The notes under the pieces were generated by a model that saw only the letters and a list, made by a program, of their open reading frames with translations, was not told where the DNA came from and searched no databases. A stretch of DNA of 64,000 nt from an uncultured Chloroflexia bacterium (GTDB taxonomy: Bacteria > Chloroflexota > Limnocylindria > Limnocylindrales > CSP1-4). The stretch covers positions 1,922,524 through 1,986,523 of the forward strand of contig CAVWSL010000015.1 of assembly GCA_963757765.1 (NCBI GenBank). The letters are read 5' to 3'. This document shows positions 46,273 through 56,947 of this stretch, piece after piece; within the stretch, counting starts at the first letter, position 1, and every line of letters starts with the position of its first letter. A program made the translations under genes and the position numbers.

Positions 46273-47355
46273 ATGTTCGGCTCTCCCGGCGTGGCGAAGC
46301 GACGAATTCGCCGAGGTTCCATCGTGAGCGTGGCGGCGCTCTCCGTGTTCGCGGCGAACGGCGCCCTGGCCCAAAGCCCTTCGGCACCTGCCCTCAATGG
46401 CGCGGGTGTGACCATCGTGCTCATCACCAAGGACAACACGAACCCGTTCTTCGTCAAGATGCATGAGGGCGCACAAGCGGAGGCGGACAAGCTCGGCGCG
46501 ACCCTGACGTACGCGGCAGGTACCTCCTCGGCCGACGTCGACACCCAGATCAAGGCCATCGAGGATGCCGTCTCCGCCGGAGCCAGTGGCATCCTCATCA
46601 CGGCCAGCGGCGACGCCGTGGTGCCTGCACTCCAGGCCGCCGAGGCGGCTGGCCTGCTGGTCATCGCGCTCGACACCCCACTCAATCCGCCGGATGCTGC
46701 CCAGGCGACGTTCGCGACCGACAACTTCGAGGCCGGCACACTCATCGGCAGGTGGGCCGCCGGCACGCTTGGCGATGCCGCCGCGACGGCCAAGATCGCG
46801 CTCATCGATGATTCCCCGACCCACGCCTCGGTCGATGTCCAGCGTGACCAGGGATTCCTGGCCGGCTTCGGGGTCGATGTCGTGGACAAGACCGTCATCG
46901 GCGACGAGACCGACCCGCGCATCGTCGGCCACGACACCAGCAGCGGCCAGGAGGCCGGTGGTCTGACCGCCATGGAGAACCTGCTCTCCGCGCATCCCGA
47001 CATCACCGTGGTCCACACCATCAACGAGCCGACGGCGGCCGGCGCGTATACCGCACTCAAGAATGCCGGCGTGCAGGACAAGGTCCTGATGGTGTCGGTC
47101 GACGGCGGCTGCAAGGGCGTGGAGGCGGTCCAGGCGGGCCAGCTCGGTGCGACTGCGATGCAGTTCCCGCTGCTCATGGCGTCCGATGGTGTCGATGCCG
47201 TGGTCAAGTACGCGAGCACCAAGACGGTGCCGCCGGTGTCCGAAGGCCTGACCTTCTTCAACACCGGGGTGCAGCTCATCACCGACAAGCCGGTCGACGG
47301 CGTGCCCTCGATGGACACGACCTGGGGCCTGGCGAACTGCTGGGGCGACAAGTAA
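46273..47355 (+). CDS. frcB: Fructose/ribose/mannose ABC substrate-binding protein (FrcB-like)
   Basis: LITKDNTNPFFVKM, VIALDTPL, TFATDNF, INEP, SVDGGC, QFPLLMAS, C-terminal CWG. Confidence 0.85.
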   Translation: MFGSPGVAKRRIRRGSIVSVAALSVFAANGALAQSPSAPALNGAGVTIVLITKDNTNPFFVKMHEGAQAEADKLGATLTYAAGTSSADVDTQIKAIEDAVSAGASGILITASGDAVVPALQAAEAAGLLVIALDTPLNPPDAAQATFATDNFEAGTLIGRWAAGTLGDAAATAKIALIDDSPTHASVDVQRDQGFLAGFGVDVVDKTVIGDETDPRIVGHDTSSGQEAGGLTAMENLLSAHPDITVVHTINEPTAAGAYTALKNAGVQDKVLMVSVDGGCKGVEAVQAGQLGATAMQFPLLMASDGVDAVVKYASTKTVPPVSEGLTFFNTGVQLITDKPVDGVPSMDTTWGLANCWGDK

Positions 47356-47365
47356 CCCCACGCTG

Positions 47366-47401
47366 ATGACGGGGTGGGCCAGGATCGGTCCACCCCGTCA
47401 T
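47366..47401 (+). terminator. Intercistronic stem-loop after the binding-protein gene (partial terminator or mRNA stabiliser)
   Basis: ATGACGGGGTGGGCC-aggatc-GGTCCACCCCGTCAT followed by TT. Confidence 0.7.
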
Positions 47402-47446
47402 TTCGTTCCTGCGATGATCGAACCTCACGGCTGAGGAGGATCAGGG

Positions 47447-48523
47447 GTGACGGACTCCGCGTCATTCGGGCCGGGCGACGACCCAACACGGGACACGGCC
47501 ACACCGACGGCGCCAGAGCGCGAGGTCGGAGAACCGCTCCGGACCGATCGAGGACCCCTGGAGCGCCTGCAGCACCTGCTCCATGGGCAGCCAGTACTGG
47601 GACCTGCCGCCGTCCTGGTCATCATGGTCGTGGTCTTCTCGATGCTCTCACCGCGGTTCCTGATGCCCACCAACCTGTCCCTCATCGTGCAGCAGGTGAT
47701 GGTCGTGGGAACGCTGGCGATCGGCCAGACCATCATCATCCTCACCGCTGGTATCGACCTTTCGGTCGGGGCGATCATGCTCCTGGCCACCGTGTCGATG
47801 GGCAGGGTCTCGGCGGAGACAGGGCTGCCGGGAGTGCTCGTCCTGGGCATCGGTCTGGCCATCGGGCTCGGCTGTGGCCTCCTCAACGGCTCCCTCATCA
47901 CGCGCCTGCGACTCCCGCCGTTCATCGTGACCCTGGGCACCCTCAACATCTTCTTCGCGCTCATGCTCTATGTGTCCCGCAGCGTCACGATCGCCGGAGA
48001 CAAGATGGATCCGCTCCTGCTGGTCATGGGCGATGCCGTCATGGTCGGGGGCGCACGTGTGACCTACGGCACGATCGCCATGGTGGCGATGTATGCGGTG
48101 ATGGCCGTCGTCCTGCGCACCACCGCGTGGGGCAAGCACGTCTATGCCACGGGGGACGACCCCGAGGCATCGCGGCTCGCCGGGATCCGCACCCGCCGGG
48201 TCCTCGTCAGCGTCTATGCCGCCGCCGGGGTCATCTACGCCATCGCCGCGTGGTTCCTCATCGGGCGCATCGGCTCGGCTAGCCCGCTATCCGGAGCGGA
48301 AGCCAATCTCGACACCATCACCGCCGTGGTCATCGGTGGCACCAGCCTGTTCGGCGGCCGAGGCCGGATCCTGGGCACGCTCCTCGGTGCGCTCATCGTG
48401 GGTGGGGCCCGGAATGGCCTGACCCTCATCGGCGTCGACCCCCTGTGGCAGAACTTCGCCGTCGGCGTGCTGGTGATCGGTGCCGTCGCCCTCGATCAGT
48501 GGGTCCGGAGGGTATCGGCGTGA
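47447..48523 (+). CDS. frcC: Sugar ABC permease (FrcC-like)
   Basis: QTIIILTAGIDLSVGA, LPPFIVTLGT, WGKHVYA.GDDPEA.RLAGI. Confidence 0.85.
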   Translation: MTDSASFGPGDDPTRDTATPTAPEREVGEPLRTDRGPLERLQHLLHGQPVLGPAAVLVIMVVVFSMLSPRFLMPTNLSLIVQQVMVVGTLAIGQTIIILTAGIDLSVGAIMLLATVSMGRVSAETGLPGVLVLGIGLAIGLGCGLLNGSLITRLRLPPFIVTLGTLNIFFALMLYVSRSVTIAGDKMDPLLLVMGDAVMVGGARVTYGTIAMVAMYAVMAVVLRTTAWGKHVYATGDDPEASRLAGIRTRRVLVSVYAAAGVIYAIAAWFLIGRIGSASPLSGAEANLDTITAVVIGGTSLFGGRGRILGTLLGALIVGGARNGLTLIGVDPLWQNFAVGVLVIGAVALDQWVRRVSA

Positions 48524-49341
48524 CCGGACCGAAGCCCATCCTCGAAGCGCGCGGATTGGTCAAGACATATGGGCGCGTCGTGGCCCTCGACCACGCCGAC
48601 CTGGAGATCTTCCCGGGCGAGGTCCTCGGCGTCATCGGGGACAACGGCGCCGGCAAGTCGACGCTCATCAAGTGTCTGTCCGGGGCGGTCATCCCCGATC
48701 GCGGTGAGATCCTGCTCGACGGCGTGCCGGTGCATTTCAGCAGCCCGGTGGATGCCCGCGTCGCGGGTATCGAGACGGTCTATCAGAACCTGGCGGTCTG
48801 TCCCGCCCTGGATATCGCCTCCAACATGTTCCTCGGGCGCGAGATCCGTCGTCCGGGCGTTCTGGGCTCGATCTTCCGGATGCTCGACCAGGCAGGCATG
48901 CGCGAGCAGGCGCGCCAGACGCTCACAGAGCTGGGGCTCCTGACCATCCAGAACATGGGCCAGGCGGTGGAGACGCTATCGGGCGGTCAGCGCCAGGGCG
49001 TCGCCGTCGCCAGGGCGGCGGCGTTCGGTAGTCGCGTCCTGATCCTCGATGAGCCGACCGCGGCATTGGGCGTCCGCGAGTCGGGGCGCGTCCTGCAGCT
49101 CATCCGGGATGTCCGTGACCGTGGCCTGCCGGTCATCCTCATCAGTCACAACATGCCCCACGTGTTCGAGGTGGCCGACCGCATCCATATCCATCGCCTG
49201 GGCCGCCGCGCCGCGGTGGTCCGGCCAGCGACCCATTCCATGACGGACGCGGTCGCGATCATGACCGGCGCGATGACGGTCGAGACCACAGCTGGCGTGC
49301 CTGGTCCTCCGAGCGCGACGGGGGCGTCCGCTCCGCCCTGA
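48520..49341 (+). CDS. frcA: Sugar ABC ATP-binding protein (FrcA-like)
   Basis: PILEARGLVK.YGRV.ALD, GDNGAGKS, LSGGQRQGVAVAR, ISHNMPHVFEVADRIHIHRLG. Confidence 0.88.
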   Translation: MTGPKPILEARGLVKTYGRVVALDHADLEIFPGEVLGVIGDNGAGKSTLIKCLSGAVIPDRGEILLDGVPVHFSSPVDARVAGIETVYQNLAVCPALDIASNMFLGREIRRPGVLGSIFRMLDQAGMREQARQTLTELGLLTIQNMGQAVETLSGGQRQGVAVARAAAFGSRVLILDEPTAALGVRESGRVLQLIRDVRDRGLPVILISHNMPHVFEVADRIHIHRLGRRAAVVRPATHSMTDAVAIMTGAMTVETTAGVPGPPSATGASAPP

Positions 49342-49389
49342 CCGTTCGGCCTCCGGGGGATGTGCCGGGACGCCACCGCAGCCGATCGG

Positions 49390-51810
49390 TCAGGCGACCG
49401 CGCCCACGCTCAACCGCTCGTCCGGGTCCGGCAGCTCCAGGGCCAGGGGCTCGACATGGAGCATGTCAAGGATGTCCGCGGCGTCCATGGGCGCGGAGAA
49501 GAGGTAGCCCTGCCCGTAGTCGCACCCGAAGGAGCGCATCAGCTGCAGCTGGTCAGGACGCTCGATGCCCTCGGCGATGACATGCAGGTCAAGACCCTTG
49601 CCGATCTCCACGATGGCTCGTGCCAGGACCGATCCCTGCTCCGTCGCGGCATCCGATACGAAGGCGCGGTCGACCTTGAGCACATCGATAGGGAAGCGCT
49701 GGAGATAGCTGAGCGAGGAATAGCCGGTGCCGAAATCGTCGATGGCGACCCGGACGCCGCTCGCGCGCAGGTCGCCGAGGACGTCCATGGTGCGCTGGGT
49801 GTGCTGCATCAGGACACTTTCGGTGATCTCCACGATGAGTGACGCGGGTGGCAGGTCCGCCATGCTCATCGCCTCCGACAGAGTCCTGCCCAGCGACGGG
49901 TCCTGGAACTGTCGCGCCGAGAGGTTGACGCTCACGTAGAGGTCATCCCGCCCGGTCACGCGCTGCCAGCTGCGCGCCTGACGGCAGGCGGCCTCCAGCA
50001 CCCAGCGGCCGATGGAGACGATGGAGCCGCTCTCCTCGGAGAGTGCGATGAAGTCCTGGGGCATCCGACGCTGCATCCCCGGTGCGTCCCATCGGACGAG
50101 CGCCTCGAGACCTGCCACGGCCCCGTCGCCGAAGCGCACGATGGGCTGGTACTGCAGCCGGAGCTCTTCGCGCTCGACTGCCTTGCGCAGGGAGCGCTTC
50201 AAAGCCCGACGTTCCGCCACGCCCCGCCGCAGCGCCGGGCTGAACACCTCCACGCGGGCCTTGCCGGCGCTCTTGGCGCGATACATCGCGGTGTCCGCTT
50301 CCCGGAGGAGCATGTCGGCTGTGCTCTCGGGGCCGCTGAATGCGATGCCGATGCTGATGCCGATGCTGATCTGGGTGTCCCCGATGAGTATCGGCTCGGC
50401 GATCGCCTCCACCATCCGGCGCGCCACGTGCTCTGCCTCCTCGGTATCCTCGAGATCCTCGAGCAGCACGGCGAACTCGTCACCACCCAGGCGGGCGACC
50501 GTGTCGGCGGCGCGCACGCAGCCGCGCAACCGGTCCGCGACGGCCAGCAGCACATGATCGCCCCGGACGTGCCCCAGCTGGTCGTTGACCGACTTGAAGC
50601 TGTCGATGTCCGCGAACAGCACCGCGATGCGGGCCGGCCCGCGTTCGCCACGCACGAGGGCATGGTTGAGGCGATCTGTGAACAGGGCACGGTTGGCAAG
50701 CCGGGTGAGGCCATCGTGGAACGCCTGCCGACGGAGCTCCTCGTGGAGTCGAGCATTCTCGAGAGCCATCGCGGCCTCGGCGGCGAACGAGTCGGCAAGG
50801 GCCACGTCGGCGCTGGCGAAGGGTCGCCCGTCACGGGTGATCTCGGCCAGGCCGATGGTCTCGCCACGTGCCACCAGGGGCACCATCATGAGCGCGGTCG
50901 AACCCTCCTGGCGCAGGACCGCGACCTCAGCCGCATTCGCATCGGGGTCATCGACATGGAGCACCGAGGGTTCCTGGTCCTCGACCACCCGGCGGGTCAG
51001 CGGGAAGTCGTCGAGCTGGTAGCTCGAGCGGTCGTTCGCGGCATAGCCCGGGGGCCACGAGGCGAAGGTGTGGACCTCGCCGTCGTCCGCCCGGTAGACG
51101 GAGATGACGCACAGGTCCGAGCCCGTGGTCTCCTGGAGGTGCCGAGCCAGCAGCTCCGCGACGCGGGCAGGGTCCAGCGTCCCCGACACGTCCCGTGACA
51201 GGCGCATCAGCCGCGTCAGGTCGCGACTCGATGCGAGCAGGCGCTCGCGGTAGCCCCACACCAGGTAGAGCATGAGCGCCGACGCGACCGCGGTGTCGAG
51301 GAGACGCAGCAGACCCATCTCGACGGGGATGGGGTTCGGGCTGGCACCGACCGAGAAGATGGCGACGCCGGCGATGGCCAGCGAGATGCACCAGCAGCAG
51401 ACGGCCAGGCGGCGCAGCGCCGTGGCGCGCAGGTAGGGCAGCGCGAGCAGGAAGGGCACGAATGGGGCGACCGTGGCGCTGATGGCCGCGTTCGGCACGA
51501 TGATGATCATGGCCACGACCGTCGTCAGCACCACGACCACCATCCGGCTCGCGAACCACGCCGCGCCCCGGGTGCTGATGCGCGCGCGCGCCCACGTCAT
51601 CCAGACGGCGCCGCTCGCGAACAGGAGCGCCTGAAGCACGTACGCCGGGGCAGCCGCGATCACGGCCAGGGCCATCGCTTCGATCGCCATGCCCAGGTAG
51701 AGCCATGTCACGATCCGGATGGCCCGCGCCAGCCGGGATTCGTCCAGCGCGGGATCATGTCGGATGAGTGCGATGGGATGAGCGATGAAGGGATCGATCT
51801 CGGACCCCAC
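49390..51810 (-). CDS. Membrane-bound GAF-GGDEF-EAL diguanylate cyclase/phosphodiesterase
   Basis: N-terminal TM helices, GAF domain, RLGGDEF, LEALVRW, DDFGTGYSSL. The start is approximate. Confidence 0.92.
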   Translation of the reverse strand: MGSEIDPFIAHPIALIRHDPALDESRLARAIRIVTWLYLGMAIEAMALAVIAAAPAYVLQALLFASGAVWMTWARARISTRGAAWFASRMVVVVLTTVVAMIIIVPNAAISATVAPFVPFLLALPYLRATALRRLAVCCWCISLAIAGVAIFSVGASPNPIPVEMGLLRLLDTAVASALMLYLVWGYRERLLASSRDLTRLMRLSRDVSGTLDPARVAELLARHLQETTGSDLCVISVYRADDGEVHTFASWPPGYAANDRSSYQLDDFPLTRRVVEDQEPSVLHVDDPDANAAEVAVLRQEGSTALMMVPLVARGETIGLAEITRDGRPFASADVALADSFAAEAAMALENARLHEELRRQAFHDGLTRLANRALFTDRLNHALVRGERGPARIAVLFADIDSFKSVNDQLGHVRGDHVLLAVADRLRGCVRAADTVARLGGDEFAVLLEDLEDTEEAEHVARRMVEAIAEPILIGDTQISIGISIGIAFSGPESTADMLLREADTAMYRAKSAGKARVEVFSPALRRGVAERRALKRSLRKAVEREELRLQYQPIVRFGDGAVAGLEALVRWDAPGMQRRMPQDFIALSEESGSIVSIGRWVLEAACRQARSWQRVTGRDDLYVSVNLSARQFQDPSLGRTLSEAMSMADLPPASLIVEITESVLMQHTQRTMDVLGDLRASGVRVAIDDFGTGYSSLSYLQRFPIDVLKVDRAFVSDAATEQGSVLARAIVEIGKGLDLHVIAEGIERPDQLQLMRSFGCDYGQGYLFSAPMDAADILDMLHVEPLALELPDPDERLSVGAVA

Positions 51811-51959
51811 GGAGCCTCGCGTCCTGGCCGCGGACTGGTGAACCCCCCAGGCGGCGAGGCCCAATGCTGGTGCCTTGGCTGGACCTCCAGCCACCCGACG
51901 AAAGTACCGGTCGACCAGCGCGCCGACGCGGCGCTCGAGGTCGCCGGGCGCCCCCGACC

Positions 51960-54788
51960 TCAGCCGGTGTTCTGGACCCCTGCCGCGACGCCACTGACGG
52001 TCAGATGCACCAGGCGCATGATCTCGGCCCGCTCCGGATCCCCGATGGGCAGGGCCCGCAAGCGGCTGAGGAGCCGCACCTGGAGCTCCGAGAGGGAATC
52101 GACGTACGGGTTGCGCAGCTCGATGGAGCGTTGCAGCACGGGCAGGGCATCCATGATCCGGTGCCGCTGGTTGACGGCCAGGATGCAGTCGCGGGTGAGC
52201 CGGTACTCCCGTCGGATACGGCGCCAGATGGTGCGCGCCTCGGGGATGGGCACGAGGCCGGCATAGCGCCGCGCGACCTGCATGTCCGCCTTGGCGATGC
52301 TCATCTCGGCGGTATCCAGGACGCTGGCGAAGAACGGCCATGTCGTGTAGAGCTCGCGCAGCCGCACGAGACCGTGATCGCCGTGCTCATCCATGTAGCC
52401 CTTGAGGGCGCTGCCAACCCCGTACCAGCCGGGCAGGTTGGCACGCGACTGTGACCAGGCGAACACCCACGGGATGGCCCGCAGCTGCTCCAGGCCACGT
52501 ATCGCACTCCCGGCAGCGCGTGCGGCGGGCCGGGAACCGATGGCCATGCCCGCGAGCTCCTCGATGGGGGTCGCGGCCCGGAAATAGGTCTCGAAGCGCG
52601 GGTCCTCCCACACGAGCGCTCGATAGGTCCGACGCGAGGACTCCGCGAGGTGCTCCATGAGAGCCGTACCGGCGCCACCTACGGAGCGCGAACGCTCGTC
52701 GTGCTCCGGCCCCGACGCCACGAGGACCGCATTCGTCACCTGCTCCAGGTGCCGCAACGCGATCCACGGGTTGGCGTAGCGGTCGGCGATGACCTCCCCT
52801 TGCTCGGTGAGCTTGAGGCGACCCTGGAGCGACCCTGGAGCGCCCGCGAGGATGGCCCGGTTCATGGGTCCGCCACCCCGTCCGATGGCACCGCCACGTC
52901 CGTGGAAGAGGGTCAGACGGACGCCGTGCCGGCGGGCCACATCAGCGAGCCGCTCCTGGGCCCGATACAGCATCCACGCCGCCGCGAGGGGCCCCGACTC
53001 CTTGGTCGAGTCGGAATATCCGAGCATGACTTCCTGGCCACCACCGCGCCGCTCGAGGTGCTCCCGGTAGCCGGCATCGGACAGCAGGCGGTCGACGATG
53101 GCCTCGCAGTCGGCGAGCGCATCGGCGGACTCGAACAGGGGCACCACGTCCAGCGCCCGTGGGCCACCCGAGATCGCTGCCAGCCGGAGCACGTCGAGGA
53201 CATCTTCCTCCCCGTGGGTGAAGCTCACGACGTAGCGGTGACAGGCATCCTCGCTGAAGGCACCCTGGATCTGCCGGATCGCCTCGAACGTGCCCAGGAC
53301 CTCGCCCAGCGGCACGCCCGCCGCGGCGTCCTGGGCCAGCAGCTCGACCGGGACCGACGCTGCGACCGCGCCCTCGCTGGTGGCGACAGCGCTGACACCC
53401 GCCTCCGCGAGCATCTCCAGCGCCCGTCGATGGACGGCGCTGTGCTGCCGCACCTCGAGGCTGAGGGCATGGAACCCGAAGGTCTCGACCTGCCAGCGCA
53501 GGTCGAGCAGGTCGCCATACGCGACCCGGCCCAGGCCCTGGGACACGAGTGCGTCCCGCAGCTCGTCGAGGACCGCGATGAACATCCGCGGCGAGGCGAA
53601 GCCGCCCTCGCTGGGGGCGCCAGCGACCAGGTGGCGACGCGTTCGTCGCAGGCGCTCCTCGATGAACGCGAGCCGCTGTCGATAGGGCTCCTCCGGGAAG
53701 CGACGCCGGACGTCCGCCGCGGTCTCCGGCAGCTCTCGCTCGTCCCGGGCCAGCTGTGCCCGGAAGCCCGGACCGAGCCGACCCGCCGCGGCCGTGGCGG
53801 CGATCGTCTGCGACAGACGCTGGACCACGGCCTCATATCCCCGGAGGACGTGGTCGGCCTGGATCCGGAGCGCCTCCCGGGTGATCGCCGCGGTGACATT
53901 GGGGTTGCCGTCGCGGTCACCACCGATCCATGACCCCCACTCCATGAAGGCGCTCATGCGCGGCGGGCGGGTGCCGGTCATGCCCGTGTCCCGCGCCGCC
54001 GAGACTGCCGGGGCACTGCTCCGGTCGAGCGCTCGGTCCAGTGCCCGGTACAGCCGGGGCGTGACCACGAACAGGGACTCGTCGAAGAACGCCATCGCGG
54101 TCCGGACCTCATCGAGCGGCGTCGGAGCGGTCACCCGGACCGGCGAGGTGTGCCACAGGAGGCTGATGGCCTCGCGCAGCCGGCGTCGGATCTCGGCATC
54201 CTCGGTGGGCGTGAGCCGGGGATCGTCCAGCTCATCGAGCAGTCGATAGCAGCGCCGGAGCGCGATGAGCAAGGTGCGGCGGCGCGCCTCCGTGGGATGG
54301 GCCGTAAGCACCAGGCCCACCGACAGTTGCTCCAGCGACGCGCGCGCACGACTGAGTGGCACGCCCGCGCGACGGAGCATCTCGACCGCCTCCGCGACCG
54401 AGCCGTCCAGGATGCCCCGGGGCGACTGACGGGCCCACGACCGAAGACGCCGGACGCGCTGCTTCTCCTCGGCCAGGTTGATGAGCTGGAAGTAGAGGCC
54501 GAAGGCGCGGATGAGCACCTCGGCATGGGGCAGCTCGATGGCATCCATCTCGGCGGCCAGCGCCCGTCGGGCGTCGGGGCTCTCCGAGCGCCGCAGCGCG
54601 ATCGTCGCGCGCCTGATGCGCTCGACGAGGTCGAGCAGCTCCTCACCTTCCTGCTCCACGATGACCTCGCCCAGGAGGGCCCCGAGCAGCTTCACCTCGC
54701 GCGCGAGCGGGTCGCGGGCACCCGCGGTCCCGATGCCTCGTGGCTCGGCGCGGACGGCCGCGTTGGGACGATGGTCGGCGTTGGGCAT
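51960..54788 (-). CDS. ppc: Phosphoenolpyruvate carboxylase
   Basis: VLTAHPTE, SWIGGDRDGNP, VMLGYSDS.K, FHGRGGAIGRGG, LRAIPWVFAWSQ, C-terminal QNTG. Confidence 0.97.
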   Translation of the reverse strand: MPNADHRPNAAVRAEPRGIGTAGARDPLAREVKLLGALLGEVIVEQEGEELLDLVERIRRATIALRRSESPDARRALAAEMDAIELPHAEVLIRAFGLYFQLINLAEEKQRVRRLRSWARQSPRGILDGSVAEAVEMLRRAGVPLSRARASLEQLSVGLVLTAHPTEARRRTLLIALRRCYRLLDELDDPRLTPTEDAEIRRRLREAISLLWHTSPVRVTAPTPLDEVRTAMAFFDESLFVVTPRLYRALDRALDRSSAPAVSAARDTGMTGTRPPRMSAFMEWGSWIGGDRDGNPNVTAAITREALRIQADHVLRGYEAVVQRLSQTIAATAAAGRLGPGFRAQLARDERELPETAADVRRRFPEEPYRQRLAFIEERLRRTRRHLVAGAPSEGGFASPRMFIAVLDELRDALVSQGLGRVAYGDLLDLRWQVETFGFHALSLEVRQHSAVHRRALEMLAEAGVSAVATSEGAVAASVPVELLAQDAAAGVPLGEVLGTFEAIRQIQGAFSEDACHRYVVSFTHGEEDVLDVLRLAAISGGPRALDVVPLFESADALADCEAIVDRLLSDAGYREHLERRGGGQEVMLGYSDSTKESGPLAAAWMLYRAQERLADVARRHGVRLTLFHGRGGAIGRGGGPMNRAILAGAPGSLQGRLKLTEQGEVIADRYANPWIALRHLEQVTNAVLVASGPEHDERSRSVGGAGTALMEHLAESSRRTYRALVWEDPRFETYFRAATPIEELAGMAIGSRPAARAAGSAIRGLEQLRAIPWVFAWSQSRANLPGWYGVGSALKGYMDEHGDHGLVRLRELYTTWPFFASVLDTAEMSIAKADMQVARRYAGLVPIPEARTIWRRIRREYRLTRDCILAVNQRHRIMDALPVLQRSIELRNPYVDSLSELQVRLLSRLRALPIGDPERAEIMRLVHLTVSGVAAGVQNTG

Positions 54789-54915
54789 GACGTGCAGGCT
54801 AGCGCGCCGCGGTCCGTCGCGGGTACCGTGGTCTGCACGACGTGGCAGCGTGGGGCATGCTGCGCGTCCACGAATGACCCTGCTGTGGAGGATCGAGCGC
54901 GTGATCATGCTGTCC

Positions 54916-55482
54916 ATGCGTCGGGTGGGGATCTTGCTGGCCCTCACCGCAGTGCTCGGTGGGTGCGTCAAGATCAGCAGCGCGCCCGCGCAGATCCCCA
55001 TCGGGCCGCCTTCGCCGACCCCGGTCGTGGGCGCGACACCGATGCCGACGCCACGGCTGTCGACCACCCCCGTCGCCACCCCGACGGCCACACCGCGGTC
55101 CACCGTTAGCCGGCCGTCCGCCAGTCCTGCGCCGACCGCCACCCCTGACGACGGCAGCCAGGTCGTACCGGTCCAGCTCGCGGATAGTCTGACCATCACG
55201 CCCGCCAAGATCAGCGTGATCGCCGGGACGCCGGTCAGGTTCGTGGTCACCAATACGGGTGCCCTGGAGCACACGTTCTTCATCGGCAGCGACAAGGAGC
55301 AGAAGCAGCGCGAAGCAGGGACCGGTGAACCCGGCAAGGATCGCTTCATCACCGTGCCGCCAGGCGAGACCGTGGAGCTGACGGTGACCTTCGCGGCGCC
55401 CGGCAAGACGATCGCGGCCTGCACCATCCCGGGCCACTACAGCGGTGGCATGAAAGCGGCGGTCACCATCAAGGCTCCCTGA
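54916..55482 (+). CDS. Cupredoxin (type 1 blue copper) lipoprotein
   Basis: Lipobox LGGC, Pro/Thr linker, H...CTIPGHYSGGM copper ligands. Confidence 0.88.
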   Translation: MRRVGILLALTAVLGGCVKISSAPAQIPIGPPSPTPVVGATPMPTPRLSTTPVATPTATPRSTVSRPSASPAPTATPDDGSQVVPVQLADSLTITPAKISVIAGTPVRFVVTNTGALEHTFFIGSDKEQKQREAGTGEPGKDRFITVPPGETVELTVTFAAPGKTIAACTIPGHYSGGMKAAVTIKAP

Positions 55483-55561
55483 GGCGGGCGTCCCGCGCAT
55501 GTCCACGGCTGCGCGATCGCTCGATCCCGTTCCGCGCCGCGGACCAGATGCGGTGGAGCCG

Positions 55562-56792
55562 TCAGGGGGATGGGCAGTTGTCGGTGATCTCCGCGTCCGG
55601 GTCGCAGTAGCCCCAGGTGAGCGCGCCGAGGCCAGCCTCCGCCTGTGACTTCGCCGCGTCCGGGTCCTGCCGGTCGGCACCGAACGCGACGTAGAGCTCG
55701 CCGGTCCCTTCCGGGTCGATGAGCAGCGCGGCCATGCCACCGATGGCCGATCCGTCCGCATCGGTCCCGGAGAAGGTGGTCGTCGCGCCACTGCCGGTCG
55801 CCCAGCCGAAGATCTCGATCCAGCCTGCCTCTGGGTCGGCCACGTGCCAGTCGGCAGCGTCCGGGTACGTCTGGGTGAGTGCTTCGAGGAGCACGCTCGC
55901 GGCGATGGTGCCGGCCGGGTGGTCTGACGCCCACACCTGGACGACGGCCTCTGGGAGCTCGATCGTGTACGAGCCATCATCGGCCACCACCGGGACCGCG
56001 AACGGCTCGAGGCGGATCGACTTGTCGCTGAACAGCGGTGCCGCAGGCTCATCCTTCCAGCCGCTGTACGCGACGCAGTAGGCGCCGTCGGCGGTCGAGA
56101 AGCCGATGCCAGCGGCCTGACGGCGCTCGTTGGGGTCGCCATGGACATCCGCGTCCGTCCAGCGACCCATGTTGCCCGCGTCTCCGATGCTCGACGCCAC
56201 GTCCAGCATCCCCGTCACGTCGTCGTAGGTCAGGGTCCCTTCGTCCACGAGCGAGCCGAGGTACATCCCGGCGTAGCAGTCGGCCTGGAGCTCCGCCTGC
56301 TTGGAGATCTGGGGGGAACCGGCAAGGCCGGAGATGTGGTGCCCCCACTCGTGGGCCATGACGAAGATCGGTCCCGCGAGGCCGTACTGCGCTTGGAGGC
56401 CCGCGAGGAACCGCACGTCGTAGGTGATCGACTCGTCGCCCTCGCAGTACGCCGCATTGTCCGCAGCCGACTCGCCGTCCTCCGCGCATGCGCCACCGGA
56501 CGGGTCGCCGCTCAGGTAGGGGAAGAAGCCACCCTGCGGGTCATGATATGGCGTCTCCGAGACCGTGGGGAAGGTCGCCGCCCAGAACGACTGGAGGGAG
56601 TCGCTGACCTCGGGACCACCGATGAGGTCCGCTACCAGCGCGTCGGTCTCGTCGATGGCAGCCTGGTCGACCTGCTGGTCCATGCGCGAGCGCCCCACCG
56701 CCCTGGGCGCACAGCGCTCCGACCGCGAGCAGCACCCCGATGACCCTCGCCGGCCTGCGGCCGCCGTCCGCCCCATGTCCCGCTCGTCGCAT
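55562..56792 (-). CDS. Secreted neutral zinc metallopeptidase (YpfJ-like); frameshifted between signal peptide and mature domain
   Basis: NAAYC, AHEWGHH, ELQADCYAG, HG...ER. The signal peptide lies in another frame (extra base near 56682). Confidence 0.75.
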
Positions 56793-56947
56793 CCTGGATC
56801 CGCCCCCTGCTGTGCCGTCCGGCGCATGAGATCGTCGCAGCGCGAAGTATCAGGCATCGATGCCACGGGCCACGTCCGGTTGCGCGGCGTCACCAGAACA
56901 GGACCATGGGGGGTGACCCCCAGTACTTTGGTCCCTATGCTTACCGC

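Noticed and set aside
45088-55427. Apparent long N-terminal fusions in the ORF track (757-aa LacI, 983-aa GGDEF, 1155-aa Ppc)
   Set aside because: The extensions overlap genuine neighbouring genes, and realistic starts lie downstream.
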